Shown here in pieces: positions 18,773-26,656 of a stretch of 64,000 nt of DNA. The notes under the pieces were generated by a model that worked only from the letters and a program-made list of their open reading frames with translations, ran no database searches and had not been told where the DNA came from. The translations under genes were made by a program, and so were the position numbers. How positions within the stretch are numbered: position 1 is the stretch's first letter; each line of letters starts with the position of its first letter. The stretch spans positions 210,689-274,688 of the forward strand of contig JBFIHA010000001.1 in the NCBI GenBank assembly GCA_041602035.1, given 5' to 3'. This DNA is from Gemmatimonadales bacterium (GTDB taxonomy: Bacteria; Gemmatimonadota; Gemmatimonadetes; Gemmatimonadales; GWC2-71-9).

Positions 18773-19371
18773 GGTGGCCCGTCGAGGAACTCGCGATACA
18801 GGGGTGGCAAGTGGGTGGCCAGCAATCGGGAGCGAAGGGAGTCCGCCTCCGGCGATCTCGTCTTGTGCAGTGCGTACCACAGCCAGACCTCGGCCTCCAG
18901 TGGGTCGACGCCACAGGAGATGGCTTCGTTCGTCCGACCCGTCAGGGCTCGCAGCCGCTCCACGGCCTTCGCGCCGTCGCCTCCGGCAATCCCAGGGCGA
19001 AAGAGCAGTGATTGTGCGTCGATCAGTGTCACGAGCGGATCGTCGGCATCACGCGCCAGCGCGTTCTGCAGCAGCGTCATCGTGCGCCGACCGTACACGT
19101 AGAACTGGATGGGGCCGACCTCTCGGATGCGGTAGCCCCAGAGTGCCGACAGCAGCGCCAACTCGCGTGCCGAGGCAGAGTCGAGACGCGTCGGGATCTC
19201 CGCGACCACCGCCTGCTCGCGGGTCAGGGCGAAGAGGCGGTAGCGGAGCAGGAGGGAATCCTCACGCGTAGGCGCCTCGGCAAACAGCGCCCGAAGCGTT
19301 GTGACGTCCTGGTCGGCATACGCGGCGTTCACGACGTTGCCGAAGCACAGCCCGAGCAACACGCCGATCAT
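18769..19371 (-). CDS. hypothetical protein (orphan ORF inside the carotenoid operon)
   Basis: 200 aa with ATGA overlap upstream and GTGA overlap downstream. The hydrophobic N-terminus MIGVLLGLCFGNVVNAAYA is followed by an apparently helical body. I recognise no family. Confidence 0.55.
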   Translation of the reverse strand: MIGVLLGLCFGNVVNAAYADQDVTTLRALFAEAPTREDSLLLRYRLFALTREQAVVAEIPTRLDSASARELALLSALWGYRIREVGPIQFYVYGRRTMTLLQNALARDADDPLVTLIDAQSLLFRPGIAGGDGAKAVERLRALTGRTNEAISCGVDPLEAEVWLWYALHKTRSPEADSLRSRLLATHLPPLYREFLDGPP

Positions 19372-20048
19372 CGACGCCTCCCAAGGAAGGCACCGACGGA
19401 TCGGAAGTCCCAGCGCTCCTCTGGTCCGGGGCGACCCTCGAGCAGCACGCGTGGTGTGCCCGTGCCGGCAGCGGGGCTCTCGAGAAGATCGCGCAGCGTG
19501 GTCTGCTCTGCTCCCGTTGGCGCAACGTGCAGCGGTCCGCCCGCGAGTATGGCCGTGGGCGTAGCCTCCTGCCATCCCGAGATCCGCAGGACGACGGGCC
19601 ACCACTGCGCTGGAGGAAGCACCGAGGCCAGACGGGTGAACCGGTCTGCCGGAAACGGTAGGATGCCCTCCTCGATGGGGTGCAGGTGTCGCTCGGGAAA
19701 ATAGATCAATGCCGTGTCGGGACGCGATGCCATCAGGCGCACGGTCTGCCGGATCGTTCGTATCCGACGAGGAGGGTCATTGACCGGAAACGGCCGCGCG
19801 CCCAACACGCCGAGAAACGGAAAGCGGTCGAGTTCCTCCATCCAGACGACGGCATGCCGCCCAAGGACACGTTCAGCGACGTACCCGAGAATCTGCGCAT
19901 CATAGAACGCGTGGTGGTTGGCGTAGATCACCACTGGATGATCGGAGCGGGGGGGGTGCCACGGTCCCACCCAGACGATCCGACGGAACGCGCGCCGCAG
20001 GTGTCGGCGAAGGAGTGTGTAGGCGAGCCGACGGGTTCCCGACCTCAC
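19368..20048 (-). CDS. PlsC-type acyltransferase, carotenoid-glycoside acyltransferase-like (CruD/CrtO-type)
   Basis: HX4D box in YANHHAFYD, and an FPE box in IYFPERH. The start is set to GTG 20048, which makes a GTGA overlap with the cruF-like stop. Confidence 0.7.
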   Translation of the reverse strand: MRSGTRRLAYTLLRRHLRRAFRRIVWVGPWHPPRSDHPVVIYANHHAFYDAQILGYVAERVLGRHAVVWMEELDRFPFLGVLGARPFPVNDPPRRIRTIRQTVRLMASRPDTALIYFPERHLHPIEEGILPFPADRFTRLASVLPPAQWWPVVLRISGWQEATPTAILAGGPLHVAPTGAEQTTLRDLLESPAAGTGTPRVLLEGRPGPEERWDFRSVGAFLGRRR

Positions 20049-20863
20049 CCCACAGCCGTCGGGGCCGCCCGATGGCTCTCGAGCGCCAGTAGGGGAAGCA
20101 CGATGGCGACCGCCCCGATGATCGCGGCGCCGAACAGCCCGTACACGATGCAGATCCCGACGGGAAAGGCCCCGTTGATGAGCCAAATGGTTGCGGTGTG
20201 CCTCGGAGGCTCCGTGAGTCTGAAGTCGCCGAGGATCTCATACCCCCACACGATCACGAGGGCGGTGACATACCACCCCACCCAGTTCAGCGCCGGCATG
20301 CCGTAATAGAAGCCGTCTGCCGCCCATGTCCAGACGGGAAAGGCGGCTCCCATGGCGGGGTCGAGTGCGACGTCCCACAACACCATGAACGTGGCAGCAG
20401 CGAGGAGGCGCTGCCCGCGGGACAGCGGCAGCCGCGCGGCAAGGTCCAGCGCCAATGCGGCAACGGCGTACCACGACAGCGGGATCAGGGCGGGAACGTG
20501 ATCGAGGATCTTCGGGTCCAAGAACGCGGTGTACGAATAGTCCCCAAAGGGATAGCCCGTGGCCGTGCCGATCAGTTCCGCCATCATGCCGATGAAGCTT
20601 CCCCACACCAGCAGGAAGATCGTCCGCCACCACCCGAGTGCCGACAGGTGCAGCATGACGGCGATCGTGGGAAGCGTGAGCATGTAGATCCACGTGGGGA
20701 CCTTCATAAGCCACGGCAACGTCGGTCCGGCGAGCGCGGCCACGGATGGGACGAGACGGATGAGGACCATCCCAATGAGGCTGAACGCGATCGACCCGGC
20801 GAACAACGCGAGCGTGAGCGCGAAGACGCGCGGTGCCACCGCGGGACGCCGCATGTCGCTCAC
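20045..20863 (-). CDS. carotenoid biosynthesis membrane protein, CruF-like 1,2-hydratase family (Caroten_synth/DUF422)
   Basis: 272-aa polytopic membrane protein. Motifs GYPFGDYSYT and WDVALDPAM match my memory of the CruF family. It shows 4-nt overlaps with both neighbours. Confidence 0.7.
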   Translation of the reverse strand: MSDMRRPAVAPRVFALTLALFAGSIAFSLIGMVLIRLVPSVAALAGPTLPWLMKVPTWIYMLTLPTIAVMLHLSALGWWRTIFLLVWGSFIGMMAELIGTATGYPFGDYSYTAFLDPKILDHVPALIPLSWYAVAALALDLAARLPLSRGQRLLAAATFMVLWDVALDPAMGAAFPVWTWAADGFYYGMPALNWVGWYVTALVIVWGYEILGDFRLTEPPRHTATIWLINGAFPVGICIVYGLFGAAIIGAVAIVLPLLALESHRAAPTAVG

Positions 20864-21762
20864 GACACGACGCGCAGGTGCCGCACGGCGGTCCCGGGAT
20901 CGGTTCTCCGGGTACCCATGGTCCGCGTTGGCAGTCGGAACCGGTCGAGGAACGAGTCGAGGAACCGCCGGAACGGCACTTCACCGTCGCCAACTGGCAC
21001 GGCCCGCAGCGCGGCCCCGATGCATCGCTCGAGTTGCTCGGCGCTCGACGCGGCCCCGTGCTCTCGGACGGCATTCGGCCGGCCCAGGGCCGCGTCCGAT
21101 CCCGCCGTCGCGGCCGATCCCTCGTCGGCGATATCATCGGCCAGTTGATAGGCCCGGCCGAGCCACTGTCCCACCGGCTGCCAGGGCTCCGGGTCCTGAC
21201 CGGCCGCGATCGCCCCAGCGGCGGTTGCCGCCTCGAACAGGGCGGCGGTCTTCGACCGATGGTACTCGGCGAGATCCACGGTGGCTTCCACCTCCCACGC
21301 CTGACCAGCGACGGCGCCGTGTGGGCTACCCGCGCCGCGGCTCAGGGTGCGGAGCAGGAGGCCCACGCGGCCAGGCATGCGGGGTCCCACCCGGGCGATC
21401 TCGTCGAAGGCTCCGATAATGAGCGCATCCGCGGCGAGGATCGCGATGCCGTCGCCGAACACCCGATAGAGACTGGGTCGGCCGCGCCGCAGCTCGGCGC
21501 GGTCGAACGCGGGGAGATCGTCCTGGACGAGCGACGCGCCATGGAGGAGTTCGAGCGCGGCGGCGGCGGTATCAGCGGTGACAGGATCCGGATCGCCCAG
21601 CGCATGGGCGACGGCCAAACACAGCCGTGGCCGCAGGCGGTTGCCGGCGGGGAAGATTGCATACCGGATGGCCTCGCCGAGTTGCGGTGGACACCCGTCG
21701 GAGGTGAGGCGGTCCACGGCCCGATGGAGTGCCTGCTCCGTGCGCGTTTCGATGTCGATCAT
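20860..21762 (-). CDS. crtE: geranylgeranyl diphosphate synthase (polyprenyl synthetase)
   Basis: The internal Met (MIDIETRTEQALH...) makes an ATGA overlap with the crtB stop. First Asp-rich motif LVQDDLPAFD, second QLADDIAD. Confidence 0.85.
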   Translation of the reverse strand: MIDIETRTEQALHRAVDRLTSDGCPPQLGEAIRYAIFPAGNRLRPRLCLAVAHALGDPDPVTADTAAAALELLHGASLVQDDLPAFDRAELRRGRPSLYRVFGDGIAILAADALIIGAFDEIARVGPRMPGRVGLLLRTLSRGAGSPHGAVAGQAWEVEATVDLAEYHRSKTAALFEAATAAGAIAAGQDPEPWQPVGQWLGRAYQLADDIADEGSAATAGSDAALGRPNAVREHGAASSAEQLERCIGAALRAVPVGDGEVPFRRFLDSFLDRFRLPTRTMGTRRTDPGTAVRHLRVVS

Positions 21763-22760
21763 GCGGAATCCTCTTGGGGTTGGAGCACGGAGTACCCGCG
21801 GTCGGGGTTGGCGGGCGGCGTCCCCTTGCCGTCGGCGGCGACCGCTGCGACCAGGGGTGTGGCCTCGGGAAGGGGCGGCTCGTGCGCACCGGGACCGGGA
21901 GTGTCGCGAACCACCAGGGCGCGCCACACCAACACCGCCTTGCGGGGTCCCGACGTGAACGCCCGCCGCGACACCGAGTCGTAGCCGGCTGCGGCGATCT
22001 CCCGACCGATGTCGGCATAGATGCGTCGGGCAGCGCGAATGGCCAGTCGGCACCGGGGCGGGAGGAGGGTGACTCCCGCGTCGGCTCGCCGATACATGGT
22101 GTTCGCCGCGTCGAGCAATCGCTTGACGACGGCGCCCACGCCTGGAGTGAATGAGGGAGAGCGGAGCCATGCCTCGGGGTCGAGGCCCGCATCACGCATC
22201 CAGGCGCGGGGGAGATACAGCCTCCCAGCTCGCGCGTCCTCGCCCACGTCCCGAGCGATGTTGGTGAGCTGCATCGCCACGCCGAGGTCGCACGCGCGGG
22301 CGAGGGTGGTTGCCCCTCGCTCCCCCATGAGGCAGGAGACCGCCACACCCACTGTGCCAGCGACGCGGACGGAGTAGGCGGTCACGTCGGAGAGCGTCTC
22401 GTACCGGCGGTGGTCGAATTCCCACGCGAACCCTTCGAGCAACGTATCGATCACGGGGCGGGGGAGGGCGGCGTACCGAATGACGGCCCCGAGTGCGCGG
22501 TCCACCGGATCGGTGGCGGTACCGGCATACATCGCGTCGACCCGATCCCTGAGATGCACGAGCGTCCAGCGACTGGCCGAACGGGCATCCACGAGGTCGT
22601 CCGCCATGCGGCAGAACGCGTAGAATGGCGTGACCGCATCGCGCACCGAGCGGGGCAGCAGTCGGGCCGCCGCATGGAAGCTTCGAGAGCCTTCCCGCAG
22701 CATGCGGCGACACACTGCGAGGTCCGCTCGGTGCAGGCCGGGGATGTTAGGTGAGGGCAT
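21759..22760 (-). CDS. crtB: phytoene synthase
   Basis: Motifs FYAFCRMADDLVD and TNIARDVGEDARAGRLYLP. The start is set at Met 22760 (MPSPNIPGLHRADL), giving a 14-nt overlap with the crtI end. Confidence 0.9.
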   Translation of the reverse strand: MPSPNIPGLHRADLAVCRRMLREGSRSFHAAARLLPRSVRDAVTPFYAFCRMADDLVDARSASRWTLVHLRDRVDAMYAGTATDPVDRALGAVIRYAALPRPVIDTLLEGFAWEFDHRRYETLSDVTAYSVRVAGTVGVAVSCLMGERGATTLARACDLGVAMQLTNIARDVGEDARAGRLYLPRAWMRDAGLDPEAWLRSPSFTPGVGAVVKRLLDAANTMYRRADAGVTLLPPRCRLAIRAARRIYADIGREIAAAGYDSVSRRAFTSGPRKAVLVWRALVVRDTPGPGAHEPPLPEATPLVAAVAADGKGTPPANPDRGYSVLQPQEDSA

Positions 22761-24282
22761 CGGGGCTCGGCACCACGGTGTCGAGGACGCGGGCGGACGA
22801 CAGCACGCCGGGCATGCCGGCGCCGGGATGCGTGCCGGCGCCGACGAGATAGAGACGCTCGATGTCGTCACTCCGGTTGTGCGGTCGGAAGTACGCGCTC
22901 TGTGTCAGGACCGGCTCGAACGAGAACGCGGCGCCGCGAAACGCGAGGAGATCATGCCGGAACTCGTGGGGGGTCAGCACGCGCGACGTGACGATCTCCC
23001 CCTCCAACCCTGGCAGCACGGTGGCTCCCAGGTGACGGGCGATGCGCCGGCGATATGACTCCGCGACGGCGGGCCAGTCCGTATTGCCTTCCAGATTCGG
23101 AACAGGTGACAGCACGTAGAAGGCATCACAGCCCCGCGGTGCGAGTGACGGGTCGGTCGCGGTGGGCCGATGAAGGTACAGGCTGAAGTCGTCGGCGAGG
23201 CGCTTGTGTCGAAAGATATCGTCGAGCAATTCACGGTACCGAGGCCCCAGCAAGATGGTGTGATGGGCGACGTCAGGGTACTGCCGGCGCGTCCCGAAGT
23301 ACCACACGAAGAGACCCATCGAAAACCGTGACCGCTCGATGCGCCGATCCGTCCAAATGCGACGTGCACGGGCGGGCACGAGGTATCGGTAGGTCCAGGC
23401 GGCGTCGGCGTTGGACACGACCACGTCGGCTGCGACGGTCCGGCCGGACGCCAGGCGCAGACCGGTGGCCCGTCCCCCCTCGACGGTGATTTCGGTGACG
23501 TCCTCGCGGAGGTGAAGCTCACCGCCCAGTCCCTCGATCAGCGCGATCAGACCCTGAATGAGCGCGCCCGTGCCGCCCATGGGGAAGTGGACGCCCCACT
23601 TCCGTTCCAGAAAGGCGATCAAGGAGTAGATGGACGTCGTCGAGAACGGATTCCCCCCCACTAAGAGCGGATGGAAGCTCAAGACTTGTCGCAGCTTCGG
23701 GTGCTTCACGTGCTTGGCCACCATCCCGTACACAGTGCGGTAGCTCTCGAGTCGCATCATCTGCGGAACGATGCGAAGCATGTCCCAGGGGGAGTTGAAC
23801 GGCACGTGGGCAAGCTGCGCGAATCCGACGCGAAAGACGTCCTCGCTCCGGCGGACGAAGGTCTCGTAGCCGCGCACGTCGCTCGGTGCCACGCGGGCCA
23901 CCTCGTCGCGCATGGCGTCGGCTGAACCGCTGTAGTCAAACGTGTCCCCGTCGTCGAACCGGATGCGGTAGAACGGTGTGACCGGGCGGAGGTCGATTGA
24001 ATCCTCGAAGCGCCGTCCGGCGAGCGTCCACAGCTCCTCCAACAGGAACGGTGCGGTGATGACGGTTGGCCCGGCGTCGAACACGAACCCGTCGTGTCGG
24101 AAGACGCGCGCCCGTCCGCCGGGCGTGTCGAGCCGGTCGAAGACGCTCACCCGGTACCCGCGGGCCGCCAAGCGAACGGCGGCGGCCAACCCCCCGAACC
24201 CGGATCCGATGATTGCCGCGTGTGGGGCCCCGCGGCGCGCCCCGTGAACCCGTGTGGCTGGTTGGCGTACCCCGACCGTCAC
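22747..24282 (-). CDS. crtI: phytoene desaturase
   Basis: FAD fold AIIGSGFGGLAAAVRLAARGYRVSVFD, and the C-terminal LVGAGTHPGAGMPGV motif. The GTG start overlaps the carH stop (GTGA). Confidence 0.9.
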   Translation of the reverse strand: MTVGVRQPATRVHGARRGAPHAAIIGSGFGGLAAAVRLAARGYRVSVFDRLDTPGGRARVFRHDGFVFDAGPTVITAPFLLEELWTLAGRRFEDSIDLRPVTPFYRIRFDDGDTFDYSGSADAMRDEVARVAPSDVRGYETFVRRSEDVFRVGFAQLAHVPFNSPWDMLRIVPQMMRLESYRTVYGMVAKHVKHPKLRQVLSFHPLLVGGNPFSTTSIYSLIAFLERKWGVHFPMGGTGALIQGLIALIEGLGGELHLREDVTEITVEGGRATGLRLASGRTVAADVVVSNADAAWTYRYLVPARARRIWTDRRIERSRFSMGLFVWYFGTRRQYPDVAHHTILLGPRYRELLDDIFRHKRLADDFSLYLHRPTATDPSLAPRGCDAFYVLSPVPNLEGNTDWPAVAESYRRRIARHLGATVLPGLEGEIVTSRVLTPHEFRHDLLAFRGAAFSFEPVLTQSAYFRPHNRSDDIERLYLVGAGTHPGAGMPGVLSSARVLDTVVPSPDALT

Positions 24283-25244
24283 GCGGCCAGTCCTCCGATC
24301 TCCGAACGCAGCGACGTGAGCACGGTTCGTAGGCTCTGCATGTCGCGGAGCACGAGCGCGCCGATCTCGTCAAGTGTGGTGGCGTAGGCGGGAGTGGCAA
24401 GCCCTCCCGCCAGGATGCTCGCCCGAGCCGGCAGGCGCTCGCGAAGGCGCTCCAGCTCGGCCGGGAGGTCCGGGTCGTCGAGCGGATGGGTGATGCTCAC
24501 CGCGACCACCTCCGCCCCCGATTCCGCTGCCGCGTTCGCAATACTATCGGCCGGAATGTCGATTCCCAGATAGGTGACGCGCCAACCGACCGAGGCAGCG
24601 GTGGCCGCAACGACGAGCGCACCGAGCTCGTGCACTTGGCGAGCCGGCGTGGCCACCACGATGCCGGGACCGGTCCCCGGCAGGTCGCGTGACAGAACGA
24701 TGGCGGAGAGGACGGCGCGGATAATGGCGGTGGCGAGATGCTCGTGGGCAATTCCCAGCGCGCCTTCCTCCCACCCGGTGCCGACGGCCCGCATGATCGG
24801 CACTACCACCCGCTCCATCAGGTCTGCCGGGCTGAGTGCGAGGGAGGCCGCGGCAAGAGCCGCATGCAACCCGGACGAGTCGAGCTGGCCGATCGCGTCG
24901 AGCGCGTGCGCGACGAACCGTTGTGGGTCGGCACTGCGCTGCTCCCCGGGTCGGTCGGCGATCTGTCGCACCGCGGCATCGACGTCCCCAACCACGAGGC
25001 GCCGCAGGTGCTCGTCCGGGAGTGTCGCGATCTGCCCGATCGGCCGACCGGCCTCGGTGGCGCGGCGCAACATGGTCAGTCGCTCGATTTCCTGCTCGGA
25101 ATACAGCCGCCGTCCCGAGGCGGTCCGCTCAGGTGTGACGGCTCCGTATCGGCGCTCCCACGCCCGTAAGAGGTCGGCCGACAAGCCGGTACGGCGCGTC
25201 GCCACCTGAATTGGATGCTTCTGATCGCGTCGGGAGCCAGGCAT
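24279..25244 (-). CDS. carH: MerR-family, B12-binding light-responsive transcriptional regulator (CarH/LitR type)
   Basis: N-terminal MerR HTH (IQVATRRTGLSADLLRAWERRYG). A Wx9EH motif lies in GWEEGALGIAHEHL. The cobalamin-binding Rossmann segment is VVATPARQVHELGA...VVAVSI (xHxxG). Confidence 0.8.
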   Translation of the reverse strand: MPGSRRDQKHPIQVATRRTGLSADLLRAWERRYGAVTPERTASGRRLYSEQEIERLTMLRRATEAGRPIGQIATLPDEHLRRLVVGDVDAAVRQIADRPGEQRSADPQRFVAHALDAIGQLDSSGLHAALAAASLALSPADLMERVVVPIMRAVGTGWEEGALGIAHEHLATAIIRAVLSAIVLSRDLPGTGPGIVVATPARQVHELGALVVAATAASVGWRVTYLGIDIPADSIANAAAESGAEVVAVSITHPLDDPDLPAELERLRERLPARASILAGGLATPAYATTLDEIGALVLRDMQSLRTVLTSLRSEIGGLAA

Positions 25245-25266
25245 CGGCTAGGTACCTCGAAAACGG

Positions 25267-25300
25267 TACTGTTATGTTTATGTCCAGGACAATACTGTTA
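25267..25300. promoter_or_regulatory. candidate CarH operator: two TACTGTTA copies flanking the palindrome TGTCC-A-GGACA
   Basis: TACTGTTA occurs at 25267-25274 and 25293-25300 (26-bp spacing). TGTCCAGGACA at 25281-25291 overlaps the -10 element and the expected TSS. Confidence 0.4.
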
Positions 25301-25317
25301 CAGCATGTCTGTGTCAA
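25289..25317 (-). promoter_or_regulatory. sigma70-like promoter of the carH-crt operon: TTGACA-N17-TATTGT
   Basis: On the minus strand, TTGACA sits at 25317-25312, then a 17-nt spacer, then TATTGT at 25294-25289. This is about 45 nt upstream of the carH ATG (25244), inside an AT-rich island in an otherwise GC-rich region. Confidence 0.45.
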
Positions 25318-25409
25318 CCCCCACCGCAACAGCCTGTCCTTTCCGGGGTCGGCGACGCCGACATGGCCGTCGTACGCGCACCGCCGGACCGGGGGCCGCT
25401 TCAGGGCGC

Positions 25410-26654
25410 CTATTCGTAGCGCAGGGATTCAATCGGGTCGACGGCTGCGGCTCGTCGGGCGGGCAGGATGCCCGCGGCGAGGCCGATCACCATGAGAATC
25501 GAGCCACAGATCAGGGCTATGGGCCACGAGAGGATGGGATTGGCGATGTATTGCATGGCCTGGTCCTGGGCGGGCAGGGCATTCACCGCGGCAATGATGG
25601 CAGCGGAGACGCCCAACCCCACTAGACCGCCGGTCAGGGCGATCAGCATGGCTTCAAACACGAACTGCGCCATGATGTGTCGGCGGCGGGCCCCCACCGC
25701 CATCTTGATGCCGATCTCACGCGTCCGTTCCCGAACCACCACATACATGATGTTGGCCACACCCACGCCCGCCACGAGCAGTGTGAACGCCCCAACCAAT
25801 CCGAGAAAGATCTGAATGCCGAGGCCGATGCCGTTTACCATCTTCTGGTCCTCGATGAAGTCCCACATCGGTAGGGCGCGCTCGTCATCCGGATCGAACT
25901 TGTATCGCCGCCCGAGGACCTCGAACATCTGCTGCTTGACGGCCGCGGACCGCGAGGCGTCGCGCGGCCGGACGAGGAGGTGACTCACGAACCGATGACC
26001 GTACACGGTTTTCAGCGTGGACGCAGGGATGACCGCTCGGTCCGCATCGGGGCCGTTGTTGCTCGAATCCTGGAATTTCGGCTGCATCACGCCAATCACG
26101 ATGAACGGCAGGCCGTCGAGCATCACGGTCTGCCCGACAGGGTCGCTGGTGTGGAAGAGCCGCTGTGCGATGTCATTGCCGAGGAACAGCACCCGCCGCC
26201 GCCGATCGAGGTCGTCCTGATTGATGAACCGACCGCCCTCCTGGGGGAACGTCCGCCGCATCTCAGCGAACTCGGGGTACACGCCCTCCATGTACGTGGT
26301 GGTCTTGTTCGCTCCCCACGCGAGGCTGGTGCCCCACCGACCGTAGGAGGGGCTGCCCATCTCGATCTCCGGAATCGAGCGACGCAGCAGATCGAGATCC
26401 TCTTCGACGAGCCGAATGCGGCGGCCGGTGGGGAGACCCTCGAAGACCCGGCTCGTGGTGCCACCGTACACCATGTAGAGCCGCTCACCGGCGTTCAGGA
26501 GCCCGGTCGAGATGGCGTACTTCAGTCCCTCGCCGAACGAGAGGAGAATCACCACGGCGATCGTGCCCCACGTAATGGCAAACATGGTCAGGAAGGCACG
26601 GGTCTTCTGCGTCTTGAGATCGCCGATGAATTCCTGGAGCAGGATCGTAAACAT
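25410..26654 (-). CDS. MacB-type ABC transporter permease (MacB_PCD + FtsX), no NBD
   Basis: Start at Met 26654 (MFTILLQEFIGDLKTQKTRAFLTMFAITWGT), which aligns with the N-terminus of its paralog. It has a periplasmic domain and a C-terminal FtsX bundle. Confidence 0.8.
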   Translation of the reverse strand: MFTILLQEFIGDLKTQKTRAFLTMFAITWGTIAVVILLSFGEGLKYAISTGLLNAGERLYMVYGGTTSRVFEGLPTGRRIRLVEEDLDLLRRSIPEIEMGSPSYGRWGTSLAWGANKTTTYMEGVYPEFAEMRRTFPQEGGRFINQDDLDRRRRVLFLGNDIAQRLFHTSDPVGQTVMLDGLPFIVIGVMQPKFQDSSNNGPDADRAVIPASTLKTVYGHRFVSHLLVRPRDASRSAAVKQQMFEVLGRRYKFDPDDERALPMWDFIEDQKMVNGIGLGIQIFLGLVGAFTLLVAGVGVANIMYVVVRERTREIGIKMAVGARRRHIMAQFVFEAMLIALTGGLVGLGVSAAIIAAVNALPAQDQAMQYIANPILSWPIALICGSILMVIGLAAGILPARRAAAVDPIESLRYE

Positions 26655-26656
26655 GG

